Part shown: piece by piece, positions 1 to 11,967 of the stretch
Position numbering within the stretch: the stretch's first letter is position 1
How the letters are laid out: each line of letters starts with the position of its first letter
Source: Thalia democratica
Lineage: Eukaryota
Reading direction: 5' to 3'
Assembly (NCBI GenBank): GCA_965202585.1
Contig: OZ241833.1
Coordinates: 12,772,001-12,836,000, forward strand
DNA: 64,000 nucleotides
The notes under the pieces: model-generated
Told to the model about the DNA's origin: nothing
Databases searched by the model: none
What the model saw: only the letters and a program-made list of their open reading frames with translations
Position numbers and translations under genes: made by a program

Positions 1-3000
1 TCCCTCCGAATTAGTTCCCACCAGAATCAATTCCCCCCGAATCAATTCCCACCCGATCAGCTTCCACCTGAATCATTTCCCAACCGAATCAATTCCAACC
101 AGACCAATTCCCACCCGATTAATTACCACCTGAATAAATTCCTACCCGAATCTGTTCAACCTTTTTTTATGTTATCCGTTTAGTCAAATCAATAGTTTCT
201 GCATTAGTTCTAATCAATTAAATTTTTCTGTATTTAACGTTAATGAAAAAGTTTATTTTTAATTTAAGTCAAGTTTTATAAACAGTAACCTGCCAGCTAG
301 GTTCAAACTGCAAGTATGGTACGAACTTTTTAGCTTAAAAACGCTATGTTCAACATGATTAGTTTGAAAAGAAAAGTAGTAAATAAAAAAATTGTATTTC
401 AAATAAAATTATACTGTATGATATTTAAATAAACTAAATCAAAATGAACCAATAAATAAGTTATGAACTTACAAATTTTAGATCAAATAAAATATTTAAA
501 ACAAACACATTACAGTTTATTAAATGAAAATAACGAACAGTGCAATTTGAATTTACATTCGTAATGATTAAAACATTGGAATAAAAAATACTTTAAAAGT
601 CGTACAAACTTTAGATAAACAAAAAAATTGTTTTGTGCAATATGAAATATCTAAAAATATTATCAAAAAAAAATGTTTCATAAAACTTAGACAAAAAACA
701 TAATAAACAGTGCAATTTACATTTACTTAACCCATAATTGTAACATAAACGTAAAAAACACAGAAAAAACAAAAAATATTCTAAATAATAATTAATAACA
801 GTATATATTTCGTGTTTAACTCTTCAGTTGTTCACTAAGCAATGAACATAAAGTTTCAAGTCCAGCTTAGATAGTCAAAAGGTAATTAATATAAAAGTAA
901 AAATAATGAACAAAGGGTAATTAGCAATACATATGTAGTTTTAATTACAATGAAACTAAAAATAAATAATACATACGTAACAACTTATAAAAATATTTAT
1001 GAAACAAAGAAACAGTATATTCAAAATCTTTATGTTTACACAACTTAGGTTTTCTTAATAAAATACATATAGCCTCAAGTTTGATTAAATCAAAAATGCT
1101 ATAAAAGTTTTTAATAAATTAAATCTTTTCAAATTATAAGTACTTGCATAACAAGGTTTTGACAAACTTGGTTGTGCCATCAATAATCTCGTACATTTTA
1201 GTTAAGAAATATGATTAATCCACAATAACACAACCATTTCCTTTACCTGCTCTAGAAATTATCACTGTATCATCCTTTTTCAAGTTTCTAATTACATTTC
1301 TTACCTCAGACACATTTAGTAACTCACTATTATTTGGCTTTAATTTGCAGTAATTATGGGCTAACGCAGTAAGGTTAACCTTCGTTGCTATTTCCTCTGA
1401 ATGTGATCTCGGTTGTAGTCTAATAAGCATTTTTAAAAACCTAAGTAAACTGATTTTTTGTCAAGTTGTTTTGCCGGCAGGGAGAAATTAAGGCCTAAAC
1501 TTAAAGCAAAACTTTTCTGTTCGGATACTTCTTTTATAGAAAGATTAAATACGCAATATTAGCAAGGGTTCCATATTTTAAAGCTATTCGTTTTTCAAGT
1601 TTGTTTTTATTTTTTATACTTAATCTATCCTTGTGTTTGCTGGTAACACATTTTATATATTCCTAAAAAAAATGTAAAGTTTTCAGATTAAATTTTATTT
1701 TCCACTTCATTGGTCAAATATTTAGTTACAAAACTTAAGTACTTAACAGTCTTCTCTATTTTACTGCTTTCACACTTCAAAAACTAATTTTTAACTTTAC
1801 TAGACATTTTTAGTTTCGAACTTCTGATTCTAAACAAGATCCACGTTGGTATAACTAACTTGAGGCTAAATTGTTGTAACATTTCTATTCATAAACTTTT
1901 TTAGCAATTTTGCACTGAGTAATCATTAGCTTATTACAAAGCTTAACTACATACATGTCAGAGTTTCTTCTGTCATACGGTACTTGGTTTTAAAGCTAAG
2001 ACTTGAATAAATGCTTCTTTTAAAAACAAATATGTTCTTAGCTTGATCTGGATTAAACTTTAGTAACAAGGGTAGCATTTTACTAGTAAAAGACCATTTT
2101 TCCTATAAAAAGCTGATCGTGGTCGTTAATAATTTAAAATTGATGTTAAAACCAAAATACTATTTCGAATAATAAATTAATTATTAATTGTTTAAAACTG
2201 TTTTAATACATGTTTAATGTACTGTTTTAAACAAGAAATAAAAATTAGTAATAAAGTATTCAGTTTACAAAAGTTCCACTTAAAAGAAAACTGTTTTGTA
2301 CAAAAATAGTTTCTATAGTTGTTACAAAAGTAGATTTTATATGACACAAATCTATACCATAGAAAATTTTATTACAAAAAATAGTTGTAATAGTAAAAAC
2401 TTAAAGTTGCTTAAAACCTTATATAGATTTTATATAAGTAGCTATAAAAGCCTTTTACAAGAAACTGGTCAATTTTCTGCTGTCTGCGAGCCGTAATTAC
2501 TTAAAACTACTGTGTAAATCAACAAAGAAAACCTACATTAAACTAAAACACGATAAAATATGTAATAATAACAATTTTATTTTCAAAAACTTTAGTTAAA
2601 GGAATGATGCTTTACACCGCAAAACTTATTTTTTAATTGTCTTTATAAAGAATAAAAACTACAATTTTAATGTGAATTCCTTTCGTATAAGACTTTTCAA
2701 ACCGTTCAAGAATAAATTTAATGTGAGTTCTTTTGGTATCAAATTTTTTAACTCGTGCAACAATAAATTAAATCAAACTTGATATTTGATTGGGAATTGA
2801 ACCGGGTGGGAATTGAGCGGGTGGAAAATGATTCGAGTGGGAATTGATCCGGGTGAAAATTGAGCGGATGGGATTTTATCGGGTGGATTTGATGCAGGTG
2901 GGAAATGATTGATTTCCCATGTTGGAATTGATCGGGTTGGAATTGATCGGGTGGGAATCGTGCGGGTGGGAATTGCGCGCGGTTGGGAAATGTCAGTATA

Positions 3001-3002
3001 CC
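1..3002. mobile_element. TIR DNA element with subterminal ~17-bp tandem arrays (Mutator/Foldback-like); left end lies outside the window
   Basis: Array of AATTCCCACCCGATC-like units at 1-155 is the reverse complement of the GGGTGGGAATTGATC-like array at ~2787-2990, which ends in ...GGAAATGTCAGTATACC (3002). Superfamily is inferred from architecture only. Confidence 0.6.
1215..2110 (-). mobile_element. Degenerate Penelope-like element N-terminal fragment nested in the TIR element
   Basis: Minus-strand translations: NLSIKEVSEQKSFALSLGLNFSLP (~1470-1550) and LKKDDTVIISRAGKGNGCVIVD (1215-1280). These match the PLE pre-RT motifs NLS...L.KGLNF and IxPADKGN.VVI.D. Confidence 0.7.
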
Positions 3003-3100
3003 AAAATCCGATATCGGAAATTAAAAAAAAATACGGTAGTTTACTAGTTTAACTGCTACTGTTAAGATAGTTATATCGAATGAATTTTGAACTATAATAC

Positions 3101-3258
3101 CACTAGAATTTAAAGTCAATAACAACAAATTTTTACAGTACTCTTTCTTTATTTAACTAACTTACTAACACATGTTAACTTGTTAACACACATAAACATG
3201 TGTTAATTAAATAAAGAAAGAGTACTGTTTAAATTTGTTACTATTTAATATTCTAGTG
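3101..3258. repeat. Imperfect palindrome / tiny MITE with CACTAG...CTAGTG termini
   Basis: Arms ACAGTACTCTTTCTTTATTTAA and TTAAATAAAGAAAGAGTACTGT; termini CACTAGAAT and ATTCTAGTG. Confidence 0.6.
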
Positions 3259-4139
3259 AACTTGTTTCGCTAGGATCATTATTAGCAAACGATTAACTTT
3301 AAATTTTGAATAGTTAAATAAGTTTAAATAATTAACCTCAGTTCGTGCTTTAGTGCATTGATATATGTAGTTGTTCTGTTTTAGTTTAAAGAAAACACTT
3401 TTATCCACATATTTATTTGGACTGAATACACTTAAAAGTTAAAAAAAGGAAATAGTTAGAGAAGTTTTTGAAAAGTTGGTGTAATTTAACATATTACGAA
3501 CTTAAAAATTTAAAGCCATACGAACTTTGAAGTGTTGTAAGTTTTTGTAAATATATAATAAGTCAAATAATAAAACAATTTAAACACTTTTATTAATTTA
3601 TGTCATTAGTTAAATTGTGTTGAAAAGTTAAAATGTCATTATAGTCTCTTACGGATTTTTTTTGCGTGTTACGGCTAAAAACACAGTATAGATATTTTGA
3701 CTTACTAGTAAAGAAATGAAGAATACCAAAATAAAATAGAAAACTCTGAAAAGAAAAGCTATAAAGTTCAAAATTTTGTTTCTTAAATCGTGTTTTTAAA
3801 TCTTTATTTTTAGATTTCAATTAAATATCAATCGAAGTTTAAATTTCTTTTACTTATAATTAAGCTTTAATTATGATAAAAAAAACTTTTAGCTTAAGTT
3901 TTGTTTAACTCTTACTGACGTTTATTTTAATTATAGGCTATTTTATGTTTAATTTCAAATTTTAATAACTATTTGTTTTTACTTTATTCTTATAAGCTTG
4001 GTTTTACTCTAGTTTCACAAAAGTCAACCACATACAAAAACAATGTCTTGTAAAAGTAATACTACGTTCAAGTATAAAACCCGTTAAATGAGCATATGTG
4101 AAACCGTTTAAAAGTGACAACTCGTATAAAAATGACATC

Positions 4140-4320
4140 CAAGATTTAATTCAAATGGGAATTAAAGAAAATTAGAAACAATTTAGGTAGAAATTAAACG
4201 GATGGGACTAAATTTAGATCGCAACTTAACTCGTTGGAATTGATCAGGTAACAATTAATTTTGATTGAAAATTTTTGAGGTAAAAGTAATTCAATTTAGA
4301 ATTGAACGGGTGAAAACTAT
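4140..4320. repeat. Degenerate copy of the ~17-bp subterminal array
   Basis: Units such as GGGAATTAAAG, TTGGAATTGATCAGGT and AGAATTGAACGGGTGAAA resemble the 2787-2990 array. Confidence 0.45.
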
Positions 4321-4468
4321 TTTTTAATAAATTAATTTAAACTAAATTTGCTAGGATTGGAGCTAATAGTTCTATTTATAACAGACAATATTTTTAATTT
4401 TTTTAAATACGTAACAAAAACATAAGAGCTTTTTCTTACTCGTATTAAGTTAATTAATGTATTAAATT

Positions 4469-4983
4469 TGTAATGAAATTAACATTTCATTTTGATATTT
4501 TAAAGCTCGTGAATAAATATGGAATTTTTTGTAACAATATAAGCAATTTTCATTATTCTCAAAACAAGCTTTTCCAAAACAATTTTTATAACTCACAAAA
4601 CAATTTTCTTAAAACAATAAACAATATTGTTTACTTAAAGGAGTTACATTTATTTCAGTGCTTATAAAACCGAATTTTACTTGCATTTACTTGCAGTATC
4701 GGTTAGTGTTTGGTGAAGCTCGTAATGTTGTATTATAAAATGTTTAATTTAAGTTTGAAATGCTTCGTTTTCTTTGGTTTAAGATACTTCTTGTTACTTG
4801 TGTTCAGTTGTATTTTTAGTTAGTGTGTGGTGTGATTATTTTATGTTTGTAAATAAACTTTTGTTGACTTTTAAGTATCTTAGTTGTATTTATCTTATCT
4901 AACCATATCTATCCCCATTTAGTTACCCCTAGCAATTTAGATTGGTTACAATAGACACAACAACGGGTACTCTTATCGGGATA
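4469..4983. repeat. LTR-like direct repeat, copy 1
   Basis: High similarity to 7587-8108. Starts TGTAA (4469) and contains GGTTACA (ends 4950), with similarity continuing ~33 bp further. Confidence 0.7.
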
Positions 4984-7129
4984 ATTAGAGACCATGAGTG
5001 GCCTGAACTTTAGGAATTTTCTAATAGGAATCAGGTGCCTTATCAATTAAAAAACGCAGCGGAAAAAAAAACTTTAGTTTATTACTAAACAAATTTTTAA
5101 CAAGTTTAAAATTTTGACAGTATAATTTGCGATAATACTTTACTTTGCGACATTTTAATATGATTATAGTAAGAAAAATTGTGTGAAAAACTTTGTACTT
5201 TGAAACAGCAAGTCTACAATTATAATGTAGTCCTCCAGGGCCTGAGGTAGGAACTACCTTTAATTGGGGGAAGTCCCCTTTTTTGTGGTAAACTCTTAAC
5301 GCGTTTAGCTCTTAAGGTTTTTACTGAATTTACCTTACTCATTAGGTTTAACTTAGTAATTATTAAATATGTAATAAGCTTAATATATATAATTTCTTTA
5401 ATGAAGTGAGTTTATTGAAAACGTGATGTTAATGTGAAAATTAGGAAGTAGAAATAATAAAGCAGCTAATTTATCAGTAGAACAAAACTGCGAATATAAA
5501 CACAACAAGTAAACACCAAACTCTACAAACTAAAATGTCTTAATAATGTTTTTAAAGTGTCTTAATGACACAATCTTAAGCACAAAATAGGTCTTACTAA
5601 AAATACTACTAATAATACAGAGTCTTAATATATGTCGTGCTTCATGCACAACGATGGCTAAACTAAGCACAATATAATAAGATCATGCAAATAAGCTTCA
5701 AGATCTTATAAAACAAAAATAATATAACAGTTCTTATAATGAGTTCGTGTGCATCTCGCACGGTCTTATGGCTTAATTGAGTACATTACAATACAGTTAT
5801 ACAAATAAAGATAAAGTTCTTATAAAATGACAATCATATCAAAGTTCTTAAATTCAATCAGTGTCTTAAGTTCTTAAAATTAGTGTGCTTTTTGCACGAT
5901 CTTATGGCTAACTGAGCCAAAAACAAAATAACGAACAACATATCGAGCTGCGCGTAGTGCGCAAGCTAGGGCCTAATGAGCAATTTCTTATCGTTATCTT
6001 GAAATAAGTACATAATTTCGGCTGACTATAGCGCCAACTGGCGGAAAAGTATAAAATAACGAAATCGAAAATGGAATTCGTTACAATAATACAAGTGTGT
6101 AGTAGTGGTTTATTGAGTTTTATTAAAAGAGAAGCTAGATGTCAGGGATGTTTTGCTTAAAATACTATATGATTTTTGCGGTTATTTCTACTTATCCTTT
6201 TGTATATTCTTTTTAGTGCTTAGGTGCACAGTTTATTTGCTAACGAGCACAATATTTCTTTTTCTAAGTGCACAATATATGTTGCAACTAACATAAGTCG
6301 CATGGGGGCGCAGTATTTCGATCATAAAAAGCACAGTCTTTTTACTCAATTGCACAATGTTCTTTTGAACATGTTGCAATTTACATAAGTCGTCAGGGGA
6401 CGCAGTATTTTAGTGCAAAATTGCATTTTATAAGTTGCCAAGAGAGCGCATTTATAATATTTTTCTAAGCATAGAAACGTAAAATAATAACCGCATTAAA
6501 TTTACAACAGCAGAATAGTTGTTCTCAGTAACGTCTGAGTTTTAGCTGATAAAACAAATTTTTCTATGTGTTTACTACTACTAGTTTATAGTTTTGATCT
6601 GCTGATTGATTGTTCTAAAGTTTAGATTTTATTTGTTTTAAACCAGAATGTTGCTGAAATTCAAAAATATGTTTGAATGATGTTTCATCTTTATTAGTCG
6701 TAAAATGGCATTTCATATACCACATTTTATTACTCGTTTCAAGTTCAAGTATACAATTTTGTTAAAGTTTTCCCTTTGAAAGAAATATATGCAAGGATTA
6801 TTTCCTTTGAAAGAAATCAAAAATAAACTCCCCTTAAATTTAGCAGTCGTCGCTTGTTAAATAAATTGTTGCGTTTGTATCTTTTTGAACGTTGTTTAAA
6901 GCAAATGTTTGATTGTCGTTTAAGCACAGCTTTTAAGCACACCTAACTACTGCATACAACTTTAAAAGTTTTTTTTGTTTTTAAGTACCACAATAGACAA
7001 GAGAAATAATCAAGATTTTGTGTTTATATTATGACGTCACAATCAAAAATTCCTGCTGTCATTATTTCCAAAGCCAATCAATGTGGTGTTTGCTGATTCT
7101 ACAAACCAGCTAGAAGACAGAAAGTCAAA

Positions 7130-7230
7130 AAAGATAAAGAAGCCCGAGGACAGGAAGCCTGAAGACAGGAAGCCCGAGGACAAGAAGCCCGAGGAAAAAA
7201 GCCCGAGGACAAGAAGCCGGAAGACAGCTA
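7130..7230 (+). repeat. 15-bp tandem repeat (AAGCCCGAGGACA(A/G)G)n
   Basis: About six units; they translate as EARGQ or KPED(R/K) repeats depending on frame. Confidence 0.8.
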
Positions 7231-7586
7231 AATGACTATCATTGTTACTTTGTCCTTATGTTGTGTTTTATCTTAGTTTTTGTAAGTTATGTAATTTTTG
7301 AGATAATAAGTAATACAGTTTCTTTTTCTTACTTTTTTTTGACCCGGAATTTTAACACTGACATAAAAATTTAAAGATAAGTAGGGTTTTAAGGATTTAA
7401 ATTATTTAAAACCAAGCTTTAAACACTTATTTGAAAAAATAAAATCAAATAATGTAATAAAATTAATATTTCATTTTAATAAATAAAAACAAATTATACA
7501 GTAATCTTCCTTCATTCTACCGACATATGTTTCTGTGTGTCAACGAATCAACACACTTCAACTGGGTTCTGTAAAAAAATAATTAC

Positions 7587-8108
7587 TGTAATGAGAGAAT
7601 AGAAGCATATTTCATTTTAATATTTTAAAGCGCGTGAATAAATATGGAATTTTTTGTAACAATAAAAGCAATTTTCATTATTTTCAAAACAAGCTTTTCC
7701 AAAACAATTTTTTTACTCTCAAAACCATTTTCTTAAAACAATAAACAATATTGTTTACTTAAAGGAGTTACATTTATTTCAGTGCTTATAAAACGGAATT
7801 TTACTTGCATTTACTTGCAGTATCGGTTAGTGTTTGGTGAAGCTCGTAATGTTGTATTATAAAATGTTTAAATTCAAGTTTGAAATGCTTCGTTTTCTTT
7901 AGTTTAAGGTACTTCTTGTTACTTGTGTTCAATTGTATTTTTAGTTAGTGTGTCGTGTGGTTACTTTATATTTGAAACTAAGCTTTTGTTGACTTTTAAG
8001 TATCTTAGATGTATTTATCTTATCTAACCATATCTATCCCCATTTAATTACCCCTAGCAATTTAGGTTGGTTACATTAGACACCACGACGGGTTATCATA
8101 TCGGGATA
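7587..8108. repeat. LTR-like direct repeat, copy 2
   Basis: Aligns with 4469-4983. TGTAA at 7587 and GGTTACA ending at 8075. Confidence 0.7.
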
Positions 8109-8586
8109 AAGTGATAACATGAGTAGGAAGTAGTTGTTTAAGCTTCAAGTAGCTCAAAAATACTATCAAAAATTAGTTATGCGATGTTTGATTTATCTAC
8201 ACAAGGTCCATTGACCAGAGCTGTAACCTTATTTTTATTATTTTTTGTTATTGCATATTTTACAAATAAAGTTAAGAGGTCTATATCCTAAAGTTTCAGA
8301 AACACCAAAACGGAGCGAACCATCGTAAACTGAATAAATTATTTGCGTACAAAAAAGATTTTTTTATAACAACATAGATGTATTGCAGTATTTAAAATTC
8401 TTATATAATGTAAATAAAGTTGTTACTAGAAGTTGAAACTATTGTAACACTTTTCATTAAGTAGTAACAAAAGTTTATTCTGCGGCACGGTTAATTATTT
8501 ATACTTGGAATGTAATCTATTTATTAAAAATATTAGACATCTGCATAAGAATGCACCACACAGTTATCAATATATATATATATATA

Positions 8587-10819
8587 AGATGTAACGTTAA
8601 AAGGCGTTAAATCTGGGGAGATCCTGATAATCTAAGCTTATCGGAATATATACCACATATGTTCTTGTGTTCAAACTTCATTTCAACTAACAGCATTTCA
8701 CTGCTCTCAAATAAATTTAAGAACAGATCTACGGAGTCTATAAAATATTAACACACATTAGAAAACAAGCAGAAAAAGCATGTATAATTATGTATAGTGT
8801 TTATGTAGGTAGTAACTATAAATGAACTTTATGGTTTAAAAACAAAGTTTGGGATAAAGACATAAAATTATAAAATTGTCTACAAAAAATACAAATTTAA
8901 TAAAAGTAGGCACTAACCTCAAAAAGCTCTAAGAATAGGCAAGTTTTTAAAATGAAAATTAAATTGAGTTGTGCAGAAATGTTACGTCATAATAAATTTA
9001 ACAAATTGGTCAATAATTTATACAGCTTAAAATCATGAAGTATTAAACTTGCAAGTGTTTTCGATTGTAATGTGAGTGTTGTGAAATAAATTAGTACATA
9101 AGTAGACAGAGTTATTTAAAGTAGAATCGTCGGTTGTGGGGACAAATATTCGATAAATCTTGCCGTTTATTCAGAAGTAGGTCTTTATCTTCTGCTGCAA
9201 TTACTGCTCTTTCTGTATTGCAAGTTGGGCAAATTCTACCTACTCCGTTGGATGCATGTTTGATCTTTGAAACAACACTCCACTCCATGTTTGGCCTTAT
9301 ACCGTACCTGTGAAAGAAGCTCCAGACATAATCTGATAAACGCGTGCTTTGTTTTTTACTTATATTTTTAAAAGTATGTTTATGGTTAGAATATCTATTC
9401 TTGAAACTACCTGCTGTACTATTGATATAAATTTCATCTGGGCCCTTACTTTCAAATTCAAATTTATAAATTCCATTTTTAATTAAACAATTACCTTATA
9501 ATGGGCAGTTATTTTTATTTATTTTACGGAAATTACATGTTTTAGGCATATTACTTACTTATTACTATTAGGGTTAGTTGGTTTTGAATATTTATTTGTA
9601 GTTTTATTGTTATGCATTTTGCTTATACTTTTAGCGCTATTATTTATTACTTGTTCTAAGTTTTCTTTTATCATTTTAGAAATACTTCTAGTTATACGTT
9701 GATTATTATAATCTACACTATTATTAGTATTATTGATGTGGATATTTACATTGGCATTAATATTAAAGTTATCATTACAGCTTATATCTTTAATGTTTAA
9801 AGTTTTAATATGTTTTACATTATTGTTATCATAATTTAAATTTTTACTATTAGGATTATCATTATTATTACTGTTATTATTACTATTATTTTTATTATTA
9901 CTGTTATTTATAATATGATTAGTATAATTAGAAATACTGTACATATCTGCGTTATTACTAACTTTATTACTAGCACTATTATTTGTATTAGCTTTGATAT
10001 GTCTATTTTTAAAGTTTGAAATTATTGTTTTGTTGTGCGATTGAATTAAAGTTTTAACATTACTCATGCAACTATAAGAAATTTTAACAGTCTTTCTATT
10101 AAAAATTTTATTATAAAAGTGGCTATCGGGGAAGTGTTTATTGACTAGCTTTAAAAATTCTTTACCTAAGTTTATACTAACTGAATAGCAATATGGAGGA
10201 TTATACCACATTATATGTCGGTTACGCGTTTTTTTTGCGTTTTTTATCTACATCTAATTTTTCATACTTTAATTTAAATTTAATACCTCAGTTTTTTAAT
10301 TCATTTTCGTACGGTGCTTTTATTTCGTTAAATATCTTTTCATTCGAAGAGAGGGTACTTAAACGTTTTTGTGTCATTACCGGGAGGCATTTTTTTAAAT
10401 GATAAGGGTGGTCAGAATTAATATTAATAAAGTTTAATAAAGAATTCGGTTTACGGTACGGACGGTAAGTATTATTAGATAAATTTAAAGTAACATCTAA
10501 AAAATTCGTTATTTGCGCTCCTATTTCTATAGTTATTTTAAAACCGATATCAGACATCAATCTAAACATTGACTTTTTAATCTTTTCGTAAACAAGAGGC
10601 TTTTCGTAAATGCCTACTTTTATTAAATTTGTATTTTTGTAGACAATTTTATAATTTTATGTTTTTATCCCAAACTTTGTTTTTAAACCATAAAGTTCAT
10701 TTATAGTTACTACCTACATAAACACTATACATAATTATACATGCTTTTTATGCTTTTTTTCTAATGGAGCAGTGAAATGCCGTTAGTTGAAATAAAGTTT
10801 TAACACAAGAACATCTGTG
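8587..10819 (-). mobile_element. 5'-truncated Penelope-like element (RT C-terminus, linker, GIY-YIG) with inverted pseudo-LTR, flanked by (TA)n
   Basis: RT thumb NFLDVTLNL...YRKPN...HP (10288-10569); WYNPPY...KISYSCMSN (9555-10211); CPL*GNCLIKNGIYK...YINSTAGSFKNRYSNHK...ICPTCNTEK...CPH to stop at 9112. Inverted arms 8654-8912 and 10611-10819. (TA)n at 8571-8586 and 10820-10840. One frameshift and one stop. Confidence 0.9.
8685..8738 (-). ncRNA. Degenerate minimal hammerhead ribozyme in the PLE pseudo-LTR
   Basis: GACT-CCGTAGA-T-CTGTTCTTAAAT/ATTTGAGAGCAG-T-GAAA-TGCTGT-T-AGTT. Stems I and II form, but the CUGANGA core is mutated. Confidence 0.5.
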
Positions 10820-10928
10820 ATATATATATATATATATATAATAAGGTTAATATTCAAACTTGAACACCTTCTACTGAGCCGACTTGAAGGGCTTTTAAAT
10901 AATTTATTGAAATGGCGATTTTAAAAGT

Positions 10929-10983
10929 ACTGGAACATATATTTCATAAAGACAAAAAAAATTGTCTTTAATCTTCAGCCAGT
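10929..10983 (-). ncRNA. Minimal type I hammerhead ribozyme (3' pseudo-LTR copy)
   Basis: ACTGG-CTGAAGA-T-TAAAGAC(loop)GTCTTTA-T-GAAA-TATATGT-T-CCAGT. Confidence 0.75.
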
Positions 10984-11912
10984 TCAAATTTAAAATAAAA
11001 AGCACTTTGGTAAACAAAGATGCAAAAGTTTACAAAAAAACAAATACAATATGACGTAAGAATTGAACATTGTACTTAACAAATATTCAGTACAAAAATC
11101 TATCTACCATCTTATTAATCAGACAACTAAAATTAACGAAAACAACAGGTAATTGACTATAAAATACTTCAAAATTTGTTGTATTTGAAGAGGAGCTTTT
11201 TCATATGTCGACAAGACGATATGAATTCGCTCCTCTTATATAAACAACCTTGCTTTTTTAACGCATACATAACGGCTGTTGATTCTTTTAAGCACAGCCT
11301 ACAAACATGGTTGTCACCATCTGCTATTGGCTGTGCCCTTTTTATCACCTCCCAAGTTAATTTAAAATCAATGTTTTTACGCTTAAGGCCGCAAACATAC
11401 TTCGAAAGCTCAGTTTCATTTTCGTATACACCACCTTTAAAGGATTTTTTATGGTTAGCATACCGAAATCTGAATTGAGTGAAGCATAAGCCGATGTAGA
11501 ACTTCTTTTCAAGGTCAGAGTTAACTGTTGCCTTGTAAATAATGTTCTCTGACCGGCAATTGCCCCCTTCAAATTATATTTAAAGCCACCAGCGCAATTA
11601 CACTGATTTTTGATTAAATTACTTTTGTTTAAAATCCTTTGATTATGTGACTTAATTAATCTCTCCAAATTCGCCATACATGAATAACTGATTCGCATAT
11701 TATTTTTGTTAAATATCTTTGATAATGGATTATTTTTGTTAAAATGTTTTTTTACTATATTTATAAATTCTCTACCGATGTTTGTTTTAAGTTTAACTGA
11801 AGTACAGAATGGGGGATTATACCAAATTATATTTCGCTTTCTTTTACTTTTGTTGTTTTTTTGTAAACTTTTGCATCTTTGTTTACCAAAATGCTTTTTA
11901 TTTTAAATTTGA

Positions 11913-11967
11913 ACTGGCTGAAGATTAAAGACAACTTTTTTTGTCTTTATGAAACATATGTTCCAGT
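11913..11967 (+). ncRNA. Minimal type I hammerhead ribozyme (inverted pseudo-LTR copy)
   Basis: ACTGG-CTGAAGA-T-TAAAGAC(loop)GTCTTTA-T-GAAA-CATATGT-T-CCAGT; palindromic stem III ACATATGT. Confidence 0.8.

Noticed and set aside
1140-1200. DGTTKF as a MULE transposase DGTF motif
   Set aside because: Too short and lacks supporting flanking motifs.
2787-2990. Short repeat arrays as CRISPR or telomeric repeats
   Set aside because: No unique spacers, the units are degenerate, and they are mirrored as TIR subterminal repeats in eukaryotic DNA.
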